Positions 1-14,633 of a DNA stretch of 32,000 bases are shown here, piece after piece. Location of the stretch: assembly GCF_000186885.1 (NCBI RefSeq), contig NC_014972.1:660001-692000 (forward strand), read 5' to 3'. The DNA comes from Desulfobulbus propionicus DSM 2032 (GTDB taxonomy: Bacteria; Desulfobacterota; Desulfobulbia; Desulfobulbales; Desulfobulbaceae). The first letter of the stretch is position 1, and every line of letters begins with the position of its first letter. The notes beneath the pieces were generated by a model that saw only the letters and a list, made by a program, of their open reading frames with translations, searched no databases and was not told where the DNA came from. Both the position numbers and the translations under genes were made by a program.

Positions 1-192
1 TACATCTACGTCAAGAAGGCCCATGTGGGTGTGATCCCCGGCATGGCCGAGTATCTGGCCGAGTTCACCAGCGACCGCGCCTGGGGCGAGGAAGGCTATC
101 TGGCTGAAAAAGGCCTGATCCCCGCGCCCGCGGAGGAGCGGACCCGGATGGCCGCCGACGCCAAGGCCCTCAAGCCGGTGGCGCTCGACTGA
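1..192 (+). CDS. PstS-family periplasmic phosphate-binding protein, C-terminal fragment (5' end outside window)
   Basis: Frame +1 is open from base 1 to TGA at 190-192. The translation [41 protein letters not shown]... resembles C-termini of PBP-like phosphate-binding proteins, and the ORF lies directly upstream of pstB. Confidence 0.55.
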   Translation, partial: YIYVKKAHVGVIPGMAEYLAEFTSDRAWGEEGYLAEKGLIPAPAEERTRMAADAKALKPVALD

Positions 193-263
193 TCATCGGC
201 ACAAGACCGCCGGGGGATCGTTTCGGTCCTCTGGCGGATACGGAACACAATGGAGTCACAACC

Positions 264-1139
<876 letters not shown>

Positions 1140-1164
1140 GCGGCCGGTTTCGCGACCCGGCCGC
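1140..1164. terminator. Hairpin between convergent pstB and the hybrid kinase gene (possible bidirectional terminator)
   Basis: GCGGCCGG (1140-1147) pairs with CCGGCCGC (1157-1164) around a 9-nt loop, lying exactly between the two stop codons. There is no clear U-tract. Confidence 0.4.
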
Positions 1165-1165
1165 A

Positions 1166-4100
1166 TCAGGAATCGGTTTCCAGGGCCTCGCGCACCTTGG
1201 CGGCCAGCGCCGCCATGGTGAATGGTTTTTGCAGAAAGTGCATGCCCTGGTCGAGCACGCCGTGGTGGGCGATGACATTGGCCGTGTAGCCGGACATGAA
1301 CAGCATCTTGAGCCGTGGATGGAGCGCGCCGAGCGTTTTGGCCAGGTCGCGGCCGTTCATTTCCGGCATGATCACATCGGTGATCAGCAGCCGGATGGCC
1401 CCTTCGTGCTCCCGGGCCAGGCGGATGGCCTCGCTCGGGGTGGCGGCGGCCAGCACCGTGTATCCCAGATGTTCGAGCATGGACATGGTCATGTCCAAAT
1501 TCATCGGTTCATCCTCGACCAGGAGAAGGGTCTCGGGGCCGCCCGCCATCGGCGGCGCGGGTTCTTCCGGCTCTCGCTCCTCCGTTTCCCGCTCGTGCAG
1601 GGGCAGGTACATCCTGAAGGTCGTGCCCCTGCCCTGTTCGCTGTCGACATGGATGCAGCCGTTGTTCTGGCGGATGATCCCGTAGACTGTTGCCAAGCCC
1701 AGCCCGGTGCCCTTGCCCGTTTCCTTGGTGGTGAAAAACGGTTCAAACAGATGGGAGATGGTCTCCGGGGCCATGCCGCAGCCGGTATCGCTCACCGCCA
1801 GCAGCACATAGGCGCCGGGCTGACAGTCCCGGTGGGTGGTGCAGTAGGCCTCGTCCAGGGACACGGTGGCGGTTTGGATGGTGATTCGGCCGGTTTCGCC
1901 GATGGCGTCGCGGGCGTTGACGCACAGATTGACCAGGATCTGATCGAGCTGTGACGGATCGATCTTGACCGCGCCGAGATTCCTGCCCGGCAGCCAGGCC
2001 AGATCGATATCCTCGCCGATCAGCCGGCGGAGCATCTTGAGCATGCCTTCGACCGTCTCGTTGAGGTCGAGCACCTTGGGGGCCACGGTCTGCCTGCGGG
2101 CGAAGGCCAAGAGCTGGCGGGTGAGATCGGCGGAACGCTCGCCCGCCTCCCGGATGTTCTGCAGGCGGGTGAAAAGGGGATGTTCCGGGGGCAGCCCCTT
2201 GAGAGCCAGTTCGCAGTGGCCGAGAATCACGCTCAGCATATTGTTGAAATCGTGGGCCACGCCGCCGGCCAACCGGCCGATGGACTCCATTTTTTGCGCC
2301 TGGAGCAGCTGGTCTTCCAGGGCCATGCGATCGCTGACGTCCAGGTTGACGACAATGGCGCCGTCCACCCTCCCGTCGTCGTCCAGAATCGGTGTCGAGT
2401 AGTTGAGGATGGTTTTGCGCTTGCCGTCAAAGGCCTCGATTTCCAGCAGTTCGTCGACAATGGTCACGCCGTCGCGGATGGTTTTCGCCAGGGCCCAGTC
2501 ATCCGCTTCCACTGGTTCGCGCGACGGCAGGCGCCAAGCCTTGAACAGACCGAGCTCGCCGATTGACACGGTGGGTTCCCCGCCCCAGATTCGTATCCCC
2601 ATGGGGTTGCAACGCAGCAGGGTGCCGTGTTTGTCGGCAAACCACAGCCCTATGGGCAGGATCTCGAGGATGCGCTGCAACTGATTTTCCCGCCGGCGCA
2701 GTTCTTCCTCGGCCTGTTGGCGCTCGGTGATGTCGATGTTGATGCCCAGGATGCCGAGGATTTCCGTCCCCTCTCGGATCGGGGCGACGATGTTGTGAAA
2801 CTGCCGTTGCTCACCGCTGCCGATGATCAGGGCGCAGTCCTCGGAGACGATCTCGCCTCCAAGGACGCGGCGGTTGTTGGCGCGCCAGTGCTCCACGGTC
2901 TGCTGGTCGAACCGCCAGCCGGCGGACGGCTCCACGGTCAGATCGCCCCACAGGCGGATCGATTCGTCGCTCTGCATGATGATCCGCTGGCTGGTATCGC
3001 GGGCCCAGAAATCAAAAGGCAGGTTGCGCAGCATGGCCTTGAGCAGGGCATCCATGCGCATCAGGGCCTGCTCGGCCTGCTTGCGTTCGGTGATGTCGAT
3101 GGTGTAACCGGCCAGTAGATGGGTGCCGCCGAGCTCGATGGGGAACTTGATGGTCGTGTAGCTGCGGCCGTTGAATTCCTCGTCCAGGCGGAGGATCTCG
3201 CCACCGGAGACCACCGCCCAGTCATCGGCGGTCATTTGGGCGGCGAAGTCGGCGGGGAACAGCTCGTCCATGGTCTTGCCGATCATCTCGGCGGGCGGCA
3301 TGCCGATCATGTCGATAAAATTGTCACTGGCCTTGAGGGTGCGGCTCGCGGTGGGGGTGACCTCCTTGATGAAGGCGTAGATGGGCGAATGCTGGATGAA
3401 CCGGGAGAGCAGGTCGTTGCTCGTGCGCAGCGCCTCGTCGGCCCGCCGGCGTTCGGAAATGTCCCTGGCCACCCCAAGGACCAGCGGTTGGTGTTCGGAG
3501 GGGAGATAGGCTATCCGTACCTCCACCGGCAAGAGGCTGCCGTTCTTGCACCGGTGCACCGTGTCCACGGTCGCCACGTGGCGTTGCGGGATCTCTGCGA
3601 GGAAATCGGCCAAAGTCTGGGGCGTGGTCTGGGCGTCGACATCGATAATGCCCATGCCGAGCAGTTCTTTCCGGCTGTAGCCGGTCTGTTGTTCCGCGGC
3701 GACATTGACATTGATGATTCGGCCCTCCATGTCGGCGAGATAGATGGCATCCGCCGCATGCTCGACCAGGGTGCGGAACCGATGCTCACTCTCTCGTAGT
3801 TCCTTGGCGTGCTGCTGGTGCAGCCGGTCTTCCTGCTCCAGGGCGGCGGTCATCGCGTCAATGGCCTGGGCGAGGGCGCCGAATTCCGTTGCCTGGTAGG
3901 ACAGTCCGGTGCGGGCAGTCAGATCGCCGCCCGCCACCCGCGCGGTGGTGCGGATCAGTGTTTGCAGCGGTGCGGTCAGCACCCGCCGTCCGTAGCCGAA
4001 AAGCACCAGGGAGGAGCCCAGCATCAGGGCCAACAGCAGCGACAGGTTGATCACCAGCTGCCGCCGTGATTGGGCCAGCAGGTCGGCCTTGGGAAGGCCG

Positions 4101-4906
4101 ACCACCAGGGTGAACAGGTTGTCGTCCTGGCCGATGACCACCCGTTCCACCACGTAGAGCATGGGTTTCGCTTCTCCCTCTCGCACCTCGTGCAGGCCGG
4201 GCGAGGCCGCCGTCAGAGAGGCGGGCAGAAGTTCGCTCGCCGGCTTGCCGACAGCCGTGGCTGGCGATCCGCTGGCATGGAGGAGGGTTTGGTGGTGATC
4301 GAGCAGGAAAATCCGCACTCCCTGGCGGGTGGCCAAGTCGGCGAACAGTTCCTCGAAATACGACAGTTTCAGCGCCGCTCCCAGGATGACCCGCACCCGG
4401 CCGTCGGCGTCGAGGACCGGCAGGGCAAAGGGGAGGGAGGCGGTCCGGGAGGATTTGCTGATGATGAATTCATCGACCACAAAGGACTTGGCGGCCATCA
4501 CCCGTGTGAACCAGGAGCGGTCGCGGACATCGATCGGCAACTCGGCGGGGACGGAGGAGGCATGGACAAAGCCCTGGGGAGAAGCGGCCACCAGGGTGGC
4601 ATACTGCGGCATTTCCCGATGCATCCGGGTGAGCAGGGCGGCGAGGACCGCCGGCTCCAGGGAGTGGACCGCTTCGCTCTGGGCCAGGGCAACAAGGATT
4701 TGGCGGGTCTCCCGGCTTACCGATTGATAGCGGTTGGTGATCCTCTCGCCGAGCAAACGGACCTCGCCCCGGGCCTGCTTGATCTGCACCCGCTCAAGGG
4801 AATCATGGACATACAGGGTCCAGCCGGCCATGCACAGGCCAAACACGGCGATGATCGCCAGGAAATGCGTTCTGATGGCCCACTGTCTGGGGTGGCGGAT
4901 AGGCAT
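1166..4906 (-). CDS. Hybrid sensor histidine kinase (periplasmic sensor domain, HAMP, multiple PAS, HisKA, HATPase_c, C-terminal receiver)
   Basis: 1246-aa ORF. It has two TM helices flanking a ~260-aa extracytoplasmic domain and several PAS-like repeats. H-box LAGGVAHDFNNML, G-boxes DTGCGM and GKGTGLGLATV, and a receiver LLLVEDEP...LLITDVIMPEMNG. Confidence 0.9.
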   Translation of the reverse strand: MPIRHPRQWAIRTHFLAIIAVFGLCMAGWTLYVHDSLERVQIKQARGEVRLLGERITNRYQSVSRETRQILVALAQSEAVHSLEPAVLAALLTRMHREMPQYATLVAASPQGFVHASSVPAELPIDVRDRSWFTRVMAAKSFVVDEFIISKSSRTASLPFALPVLDADGRVRVILGAALKLSYFEELFADLATRQGVRIFLLDHHQTLLHASGSPATAVGKPASELLPASLTAASPGLHEVREGEAKPMLYVVERVVIGQDDNLFTLVVGLPKADLLAQSRRQLVINLSLLLALMLGSSLVLFGYGRRVLTAPLQTLIRTTARVAGGDLTARTGLSYQATEFGALAQAIDAMTAALEQEDRLHQQHAKELRESEHRFRTLVEHAADAIYLADMEGRIINVNVAAEQQTGYSRKELLGMGIIDVDAQTTPQTLADFLAEIPQRHVATVDTVHRCKNGSLLPVEVRIAYLPSEHQPLVLGVARDISERRRADEALRTSNDLLSRFIQHSPIYAFIKEVTPTASRTLKASDNFIDMIGMPPAEMIGKTMDELFPADFAAQMTADDWAVVSGGEILRLDEEFNGRSYTTIKFPIELGGTHLLAGYTIDITERKQAEQALMRMDALLKAMLRNLPFDFWARDTSQRIIMQSDESIRLWGDLTVEPSAGWRFDQQTVEHWRANNRRVLGGEIVSEDCALIIGSGEQRQFHNIVAPIREGTEILGILGINIDITERQQAEEELRRRENQLQRILEILPIGLWFADKHGTLLRCNPMGIRIWGGEPTVSIGELGLFKAWRLPSREPVEADDWALAKTIRDGVTIVDELLEIEAFDGKRKTILNYSTPILDDDGRVDGAIVVNLDVSDRMALEDQLLQAQKMESIGRLAGGVAHDFNNMLSVILGHCELALKGLPPEHPLFTRLQNIREAGERSADLTRQLLAFARRQTVAPKVLDLNETVEGMLKMLRRLIGEDIDLAWLPGRNLGAVKIDPSQLDQILVNLCVNARDAIGETGRITIQTATVSLDEAYCTTHRDCQPGAYVLLAVSDTGCGMAPETISHLFEPFFTTKETGKGTGLGLATVYGIIRQNNGCIHVDSEQGRGTTFRMYLPLHERETEEREPEEPAPPMAGGPETLLLVEDEPMNLDMTMSMLEHLGYTVLAAATPSEAIRLAREHEGAIRLLITDVIMPEMNGRDLAKTLGALHPRLKMLFMSGYTANVIAHHGVLDQGMHFLQKPFTMAALAAKVREALETDS

Positions 4907-4911
4907 CGAGA

Positions 4912-5727
4912 TTACCCCAGGGCCACGTCAAGAATCATCATGGTGGCAAAACCGCTCAGGGTGGCCATGGTCACCAGGTCGATATGTTTGGTGTTGCGCT
5001 GCGATTCCGGAATCAGTTCCTCCACCACCACGAAGATCATCGCCCCGGCGGCGAAACAGAGGGCATAGGGAAGGATCGGCTGCATCTTGAGGACGAACAG
5101 CGCTCCCAAAACGCCGGCGATCGGCTCGACCAGCCCCGAGGCCTGGCCGAGAAAGAAACTTTTCCGGCGGCTGAGGCCCTCGCGCCGCAACGGCATGGAC
5201 ACCGCCGTGCCCTCGGGAAAATTCTGCAGGCCGATGCCGATGGCCAGCGCCATGGCCCCGCCGATGGAGGCCGAGGGCAGATCCGCGGCCACCGCGCCGA
5301 AGGCCACGCCCACCGCCAGCCCCTCGGGGATGTTGTGCAGGGTGATGGCCAGCACCAGCAGCGTGCTGCGCTGCCAGGAGGTTTTGATCCCTTCCCGTTG
5401 GGACATGGCCAGGCCGGGATGGAGATGGGGCAGGATTCTGTCGATCAGGCGCATGAACACACCTCCGGCCATGAAGCCGACGGCAGCGGTCAGCCAGGGA
5501 GTGTGGCCCAGGGCTTCGGCCATCTCGATTCCCGGCGCCAGCAGCGACCAGAAGCTGGCCGCGATCATCACCCCGGCGGCAAAGCCGAGCAGTCCGTCGA
5601 GGAGCCGCTGGTTGATCTCGCGGTGCATGAACACCAGGCCGGCGCCGGCAGCGGTCATGGCCCAGGTGAACAGGGTGGCCAGCAGGGCCAGGAAAACAGG
5701 GTGGACATGTTGCAGAAATCCAAACAT
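4912..5727 (-). CDS. ZIP-family divalent metal (zinc/iron) transporter
   Basis: ATG at 5727 is preceded by GGGAGG. The 271-aa polytopic protein carries ZIP motifs [10 protein letters not shown] and [10 protein letters not shown]. The 677-aa ORF in the track is an upstream read-through artefact. The stop lies 5 nt before the hybrid kinase start. Confidence 0.85.
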   Translation of the reverse strand: MFGFLQHVHPVFLALLATLFTWAMTAAGAGLVFMHREINQRLLDGLLGFAAGVMIAASFWSLLAPGIEMAEALGHTPWLTAAVGFMAGGVFMRLIDRILPHLHPGLAMSQREGIKTSWQRSTLLVLAITLHNIPEGLAVGVAFGAVAADLPSASIGGAMALAIGIGLQNFPEGTAVSMPLRREGLSRRKSFFLGQASGLVEPIAGVLGALFVLKMQPILPYALCFAAGAMIFVVVEELIPESQRNTKHIDLVTMATLSGFATMMILDVALG

Positions 5728-5840
5728 GAGGAGGCCTCCCGTGGGTGGATGAGCGGTAAGAGCGTCTGCGGCGGGAAAATCGTCCGCCGGCCCTGAATAT
5801 ACTCCGTGGTCCCCTCGGACGGATATGGAAAAATGCGCGG

Positions 5841-6755
5841 TCAGCAGCGAGGAGCGGCTGTCCCGCCCGGCTCCCGCGGCAGAGAACGCATCCGTCCCGG
5901 GAGGCGGCGTTCGAGCAGGGTCTCGAAGTGGCGGACCACCTGCCAGTAGCGGCCGAGATCGATCCCGGTTTCGATCCCCATGCCGTTGAAGAGGTGGAGG
6001 GCCTCCTCGGTGGCCACGTTGCCGCCCGCTCCCTCGATGCAGGGGCAGCCGCCCAGGCCGCCCGCGGCCACGTCGAAAATGCGTACCCCGGCCTCGTAAC
6101 CGGCGTACAGGTTGACCAATCCCATGCCCCAGGTATCGTGGCAATGGAGCGACAGCTCGACCTGTGGATGGGCGGTGCGCACCAGGCCCACCAGCCGTTT
6201 GATCTGCAGGGGACCGGCCATGCCGGCGGTGTCGGCCAGGTTGATCTCCTGCGCGCCGGCCTCGACCATCCGCGCCACCGCCTCCAGCACCGTATTTTCG
6301 GCAATGACGCCTTCCTCGGCGCAACCGAAGGCGCACTGCAAACCGGCCCGCACCCGGATGCCGCCGGCCACGGCCCGGGTGATCAACCCGGTCATGGCCT
6401 CCAGGGCCTCGGCCGTGGAGCGGCCGGTGTTTGTGCGGCTGTGGCTGTCGGAGACCGAGGCGGACATGCTCAGATGGCCAAGGCCGCTGCGCGCCGCCCG
6501 TTCCAGCCCCTTTTCGTTGAGCACCAGGGCTGTGCACAGGATGTCCGGATACTGCCGCCGCACCAGGGAGACGAGCACGTCGGTGTTGGCCACCTGCGGC
6601 ACGGAACGCGGGCTGACAAAGCTGCCGAGCTGCACCCTGCGCACCCCGGCCTCGGCCAGCAGCCGGACAATCTCCATCTTTTCCGTCAGGCTGAACAGCC
6701 GGTTTTCCGCCTGCAATCCGTCCCGCAGCGACTCTTCTTCCAAGACAACCCGCAT
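5841..6755 (-). CDS. HMG-CoA lyase-like (DRE-TIM metallolyase family) protein
   Basis: ATG at 6755 follows AAGGAG. N-terminus EESLRDGLQ, metal/active-site region [10 protein letters not shown] and HCHDTWGMG, and GLGGCP near the C-terminus. Confidence 0.8.
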   Translation of the reverse strand: MRVVLEEESLRDGLQAENRLFSLTEKMEIVRLLAEAGVRRVQLGSFVSPRSVPQVANTDVLVSLVRRQYPDILCTALVLNEKGLERAARSGLGHLSMSASVSDSHSRTNTGRSTAEALEAMTGLITRAVAGGIRVRAGLQCAFGCAEEGVIAENTVLEAVARMVEAGAQEINLADTAGMAGPLQIKRLVGLVRTAHPQVELSLHCHDTWGMGLVNLYAGYEAGVRIFDVAAGGLGGCPCIEGAGGNVATEEALHLFNGMGIETGIDLGRYWQVVRHFETLLERRLPGRMRSLPREPGGTAAPRC

Positions 6756-6792
6756 CACTTCTCCTTGATGAAATTCCCCCTCCCTGTCCAGT

Positions 6793-6808
6793 CGGCACGT
6801 TCGATGCA
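6793..6808 (+). promoter_or_regulatory. Candidate sigma-54 (-24/-12) promoter facing the kinase/PAS/activator operon
   Basis: CGGCACGTTCGATGCA has GG and GC separated by exactly 10 nt, and its -12 element ATGCA is identical to that of the strong site at 11773. The palindromic sites would lie downstream of it, which is atypical. Confidence 0.35.
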
Positions 6809-6833
6809 GGAGCGAGGGAGAAAACGACATTTT

Positions 6834-6849
6834 TGCTGCGCGCATGCCA
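6834..6849 (-). promoter_or_regulatory. Candidate sigma-54 promoter facing the HMG-CoA-lyase-like/ZIP/hybrid kinase genes
   Basis: The minus strand reads TGGCATGCGCGCAGCA with correct GG-N10-GC spacing, about 80 nt upstream of ATG 6755. It overlaps palindrome 6846-6861, so it may be a chance by-product of that motif. Confidence 0.3.
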
Positions 6850-6903
6850 CATAGGTGTGGTATGAGTGTGGCAGCGTGCCACTGGATGCCGCACAACTGT
6901 GGC
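6846..6903. promoter_or_regulatory. Pair of 16-bp palindromic sites (candidate activator binding sites), region A
   Basis: GCCACATAGGTGTGGT (6846-6861) and GCCGCACAACTGTGGC (6888-6903), starts 42 bp apart. An inverted GTGGC-N5-GCCAC lies between them at 6868-6882. Confidence 0.45.
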
Positions 6904-6943
6904 GCATTTCGATCTGGTAACGAATGAAAAATAATAGCATGTC

Positions 6944-8989
6944 ATGGACCAAGAAGCGAAAAGAATAGCGCTGTATGTGCAGCGCTACAAGCTGTTACGG
7001 GAGATCGGCGAGCTCCAGGTCGAGGCGGCGGCGGATGAGGCGGCCTTTCTCACCCGCTGTTGCGCGCTGCTGCTCCAGGATCCGGAATACTGCCTGATCT
7101 GGGTGGGCCGCGAGGAACAGGACGGCACGCTCACCCCGGTGACCACCGTGGTCCAGCAGGGACTGCCGGCCCCGCAGTGCCGGGGCTTGGTGGTTCAGCT
7201 CGTGTCCGAGGCGGCGGTCACCATCACCGCGGCCCAGGCCTTGGCCAAGGGCGAACCGGTCGTGACCAGCCTCGCGCCCGCCGAGGAATCGGAGCCGTCG
7301 CCCCTGACCCTGCTGACCACGATCACCGGCAGCCGCGTCTGCGGATCCTGGCCCCTGCTGCATGATCGGCAGAAATATGGGGTACTGACCATCCATTCGA
7401 TCCGCGAGGGCGGGTTGAGCGGCATCGAGCTCGATTTCATCGCCAACGTGGTGGCCACCATCTCGCGCACCCTCTTCCTGCGCCACACCTCGCATCACCT
7501 CCGCCTGGAGCACGACTTCAACTGCGAGATCGTGCAGACCGTGCAGGCCCTTTTGGTGTCGCTCTCCCATTGCGGCGAGATCCTCTCCTTCAACCGCACC
7601 GCCCAGGAGGTCACCGGCTACGGCGAGGCCGAGGTCAAGGGGAGGTTCTGGGTCGATGTGCTCATCAGTCCGGAGCGGCGGGCGGCCAGCCAGAACCAGC
7701 TGTCGCGGGTGCTCAAGGGAGGCCAGTCGGAGATGAATTTCCGGGCCGAACTCCAGACCCGCGGCGGCGACAAGCGGATGATCGAGTGGCACGGCTCCAT
7801 TCGGCCGGACATCGAGCAGGGCCGGGTGGGGCTGGTGCTGTTCGGCATCGACATCACCAACCGGATGGCGGCGGACCGGGCGCTCACCCATGCCCTGGCC
7901 AAGTGGGAAAACATCTTTTCCTCGGTCCAGGATCCGGCCCTGATTGTTTCCGCCCAGGGCACCATCCTCGATGTCAACCCCGCGACCGTGGCGGCGGCGC
8001 GCCGCCCCCGCGAGGAAATCATCGGCCGGGGGGTGTGCGAGATTCTCCACGGCGGCCGCAGACCGGGGGCCATCTGCCCTCTGGAGGTCCTGCTCGGCCA
8101 GCAGAAGAGCCGGATCTTCGAGACCGAGCTGCGCGGCCTGCGCGGCAACTTCCTGCTCACCGTCAGCCCCCTGCGCCAGGAGGACGGCACCTCCGAGGTC
8201 TCCCTGCTGCTCGCCCGCGACCTGACCGAAGAGCAGCTGATGAAGGCCGAGGCCTTCCGCGCCGCTCAACTGGCCTCGGTGGGCGAGCTGGCCGCCGGCG
8301 TGGCCCACGAGATCAACAACCCGATCAACGGCATCATCAACTACGCCCAGATCCTGCTCGACTCCAACCAGAGTCAGCAGCACACCCATTTCCTCCACTG
8401 CATCATCAAGGAAGGGCGGCGGATCGCCGGAATCACCAAGAATCTGCTCGATTTTTCCCGCAAGCGGGAAGAGTCGCCCGAACCGGTCAGCGTGCCCACC
8501 CTGTTCCGCCACTGCATCGAGCTGATCCAGCACCAGTACCTGATCGACGGTATTGCCCTGTCCGAGGAGTATGCCGCCGATCTGCCGCTGGCCTTCTGCA
8601 ATCCGCAGCAGATCCAGCAGGTGTTTCTCAACGTGTTCAGCAACGCCCGCTACGCCCTCAATGAACGCTACCCCCTGCCGCACGCCAACAAACGCATTGC
8701 CATCGCCGCCCTGCGCCGACAGCGCGATAACCGGGAATTCGTGCGCATCACCATCACCGATTACGGTACCGGCATCGAGCACGATTTGATGGATCGGGTG
8801 ATGGACCCCTTTTTTTCCACCAAGACCAAGGGCGAGGGCACCGGCCTGGGCTTGAGCATCAGCCACAGCCTGGTGCGGGAGAACAAGGGCTTGTTCCGCC
8901 TCCAGAGTCAGTGGGGCAAATGGACCATGGTCACCATCGATTTGCCGGCGGCTGAGGAACAGCGTGCCCGGGACGAACGTCCTCGCTGA
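6944..8989 (+). CDS. Soluble sensor histidine kinase (GAF-like N-terminus, two PAS domains, HisKA, HATPase_c)
   Basis: 681 aa with no predicted TM helix. H-box [22 protein letters not shown] (His codon 8306-8308), N-box [12 protein letters not shown]1 DYGTGI and G2 GEGTGLGLS. No Shine-Dalgarno is visible upstream of ATG 6944. Confidence 0.9.
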   Translation: MDQEAKRIALYVQRYKLLREIGELQVEAAADEAAFLTRCCALLLQDPEYCLIWVGREEQDGTLTPVTTVVQQGLPAPQCRGLVVQLVSEAAVTITAAQALAKGEPVVTSLAPAEESEPSPLTLLTTITGSRVCGSWPLLHDRQKYGVLTIHSIREGGLSGIELDFIANVVATISRTLFLRHTSHHLRLEHDFNCEIVQTVQALLVSLSHCGEILSFNRTAQEVTGYGEAEVKGRFWVDVLISPERRAASQNQLSRVLKGGQSEMNFRAELQTRGGDKRMIEWHGSIRPDIEQGRVGLVLFGIDITNRMAADRALTHALAKWENIFSSVQDPALIVSAQGTILDVNPATVAAARRPREEIIGRGVCEILHGGRRPGAICPLEVLLGQQKSRIFETELRGLRGNFLLTVSPLRQEDGTSEVSLLLARDLTEEQLMKAEAFRAAQLASVGELAAGVAHEINNPINGIINYAQILLDSNQSQQHTHFLHCIIKEGRRIAGITKNLLDFSRKREESPEPVSVPTLFRHCIELIQHQYLIDGIALSEEYAADLPLAFCNPQQIQQVFLNVFSNARYALNERYPLPHANKRIAIAALRRQRDNREFVRITITDYGTGIEHDLMDRVMDPFFSTKTKGEGTGLGLSISHSLVRENKGLFRLQSQWGKWTMVTIDLPAAEEQRARDERPR

Positions 8990-9034
8990 TCGAGGGCGCC
9001 CTTTCCCGTCAACATCCTTCAAGAGGAGCATCTC

Positions 9035-9801
9035 ATGCCTGAACAGACCCGTTTCATCGTCCAACTGGGAATCCTGTTCCTGGTGGCGGCCATCCTTCTG
9101 CTGCTGATGGACCGGCAGATGCTCATCGGTCCGGAGGAACTGGCGCAGTGGCCCTTTGCGCTGTTGTCCCTGGTGGTGGTCGCAGGACTGTTTGCGGTGG
9201 TGGCCCTGCTGACCCATGCGCGGCTGCGCGCCCTGGACCGCTCGCTCGCCGCCCTGGAGCACCAGCTGGCCGAGGCCAACCATGAACTGACCCTGACCCG
9301 CAACACCCTCGAACAGCGGGTGGAGCGGCGGACCTTTGAAATTTCGGTGGCCAACGCTTCGCTCAACCGGGAGATCGCCGAGCGGATCCAGGCCGAGGCC
9401 GAGACCAGGCGGATCAAGCGGCGGATGGAGCTGATCCTCGAATCAGCGGGCGAGGGCATCTTCGGCCTGGACATCGACGGCAAGGTGACCTTTGTCAACA
9501 AGGCCGCGGCGCTGATGCTCGGCTGGGAGGCGGACGATCTGGTCGGACAGTCGCACCATGCGCTCATTCACCACACCCGGGCCGACGGCACCTCCTACCC
9601 GGTCAGCCAGTGCCCGATCCACCAGGCCTACCGCGACGGCAAGGTCCATTTCGGCGACGACGAGGTATTCTGGAAGCGTGACGGCGCCAGTTTTCCGGTG
9701 GCATACATCAGCACCCCCATTCTGGAAAACCGCCGCCTGACCGGCGCGGTGGTGGTCTTCCGCGACCTGACCTCCTATCGCCAACCCCAGCCCCTGGGAG
9801 A

Positions 9802-9805
<4 letters not shown>
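9035..9805 (+). CDS. Membrane-anchored stand-alone PAS-domain protein (2 TM, coiled coil, PAS; no output domain)
   Basis: AAGAGGAG RBS upstream. Two hydrophobic helices (LGILFLVAAILLLL and LLSLVVVAGLFAVVALL), a heptad-rich linker, and a PAS core EGIFGLDIDGKVTFVN...CPIHQAYRDG...FWKRDGASFPV. The stop overlaps the next start (ATGA at 9802-9805). Confidence 0.8.
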
Positions 9806-11598
<1,793 letters not shown>

Positions 11599-11602
11599 GC
11601 GC

Positions 11603-11651
11603 GCCACGATTGTGTGGTCACGAAACTGTGGCGATGCCACGGTTTCGTGGT
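11603..11651. promoter_or_regulatory. Pair of 16-bp palindromic sites, region B (overlaps a hairpin that may also terminate the activator gene)
   Basis: GCCACGATTGTGTGGT (11603-11618) and GCCACGGTTTCGTGGT (11636-11651), starts 33 bp apart and about 120-170 bp upstream of the sigma-54 promoter at 11773. CACGAAACTGTGGC (11619-11632) pairs with GCCACGGTTTCGTG (11636-11649), followed by GTTTTCC. Confidence 0.5.
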
Positions 11652-11772
11652 TTTCCCTCCTGCCCGCCGCCGCGTGCCTGCCGGCTGCCCCTCGGTTGTG
11701 TCTCGATTGTTTTGTGCGGAGTCAAAGGCGGATAGGGCTAAATCGCCGGTGCGGCACCAATCCGGTTCAGTG

Positions 11773-11788
11773 TGGCACTTCCCATGCA
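11773..11788 (+). promoter_or_regulatory. Sigma-54 (-24/-12) promoter
   Basis: TGGCACTTCCCATGCA: perfect TGGCAC, exact GG-N10-GC spacing, and a -12 ATGCA. It lies 54 nt upstream of ATG 11842 and immediately downstream of a sigma-54 activator gene. Confidence 0.65.
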
Positions 11789-11841
11789 AACGTCCGTAGC
11801 CAAGTGGATAGGTATGTCCCCTCAGCTCCTGGACCGCCATC

Positions 11842-12776
11842 ATGGACACGACCAGCGCCGAAAACCAGAGTCCCATTCTCAAGACCTTTGACCAGCTCTT
11901 TCCCACGGAAGAGGACTGCGTTGCCTTTCTGTTTCCCTTGCGCTGGCCGCAGGGATTTGTCTGCCCCTTCTGCCGCACCCGTCATCCGCAGCTGACGCCC
12001 CGTCGCTACCCGGTCTGTCCGCACTGCGGCAACCGCAGTTCGCTGACCACCGGCACCCTGATGCACGGGGCCAAGAAACCGCTCCGGGAATGGCTGCTGA
12101 CCATCTGGTGGTTCAGCGCCCAGCCGCTGGATGTCAGCGCCAAGGAGTTGCAGCGGCTGCTGGGCACCTCCTGCTACCAGACGGCCTGGACCTGGCTGCA
12201 GAAACTGCGCCTGGCCATGGGGCGGGCCGATGACGAACGCTGCCGGGGGGTGGTGGAGATCGGCTGCGGCCTCGTGGCCCCGGCGTACGAGCGCAAGGAA
12301 CGCGCCCTGGTGCTGACCGCCGCCGAAATCGTGCTCGCCCTCGGCATCACCGGCCGTATTCGCATGCGCCACATCCCCCAGCTCGACCGCAAGCAGCTGG
12401 TGCTGTTTCTCCACGACGCGGTCCAGGTCAACAGTACCCTGCTCAGCGGCGACGCACAGCTGCTCGCCCTCCTGGACCAGGCAGGCCCCTATGCCGTGGC
12501 CCCGACGCAGCCCGATTCCTTGCTGCAGCCGTCGCGGGCCTTCGAGCTGGGTCGTAGTTTCGAGACCTGCCTGCACACCGTGCACCGCGGCGGGGTCACG
12601 GTCAAGCACCTCCAGCTCTACCTCGATGAATTCTGCTTTCGCAACAATGCCTCGCTCCTGTCCGATCACCAGGCGGTGTTCAGGGCCCTGCTCAGCGGCG
12701 TGCTGGGAAGCGCGGGGCATCCGGAGCAGGCGACCCGGCCGCTGCACGAGGCGGCGCGCCGCGGCGGGAGGCAGCC

Positions 12777-12780
<4 letters not shown>
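11842..12780 (+). CDS. IS1595-family transposase homolog (zinc-ribbon plus ISXO2-like domain), apparently catalytically degenerate and without IS ends
   Basis: N-terminus FPTEEDCVAFLFPLRWPQGFVCPFC...CPHCG...TTGTLMH and C-terminus KHLQLYLDEFCFRNN are hallmark IS1595 transposase motifs. The usual VE(V/I)DET catalytic motif reads VEIGCG (12256-12270). The stop overlaps the ftsH start. Confidence 0.75.

Positions 12781-14629
<1,849 letters not shown>

Positions 14630-14633
<4 letters not shown>

Noticed and set aside
4912-6945. 677-aa minus-strand ORF suggesting a giant ZIP-fusion protein
   Set aside because: Only the last 271 aa (from ATG 5727, which has a GGGAGG RBS) look like a real ZIP protein. 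The N-terminal 400 aa are Arg/Gly/Pro-rich and overlap the HMG-CoA-lyase-like gene in another frame.
6995-9283. 762-aa minus-strand ORF antisense to the kinase and PAS genes. The same pattern applies to 9775-11640, 12666-14468, 15936-17543, 17341-18453 and 25204-26754.
   Set aside because: These are shadow ORFs on the strand opposite to genes with clear catalytic motifs. Their translations are low-complexity and have no recognisable domains.
11619-11649. Possible parS centromere-like palindrome (CACGAAAC...GTTTCGTG)
   Set aside because: The half-sites do not match the TGTTNCACGTGAAACA consensus. It is better explained as a terminator hairpin and/or overlapping activator sites.
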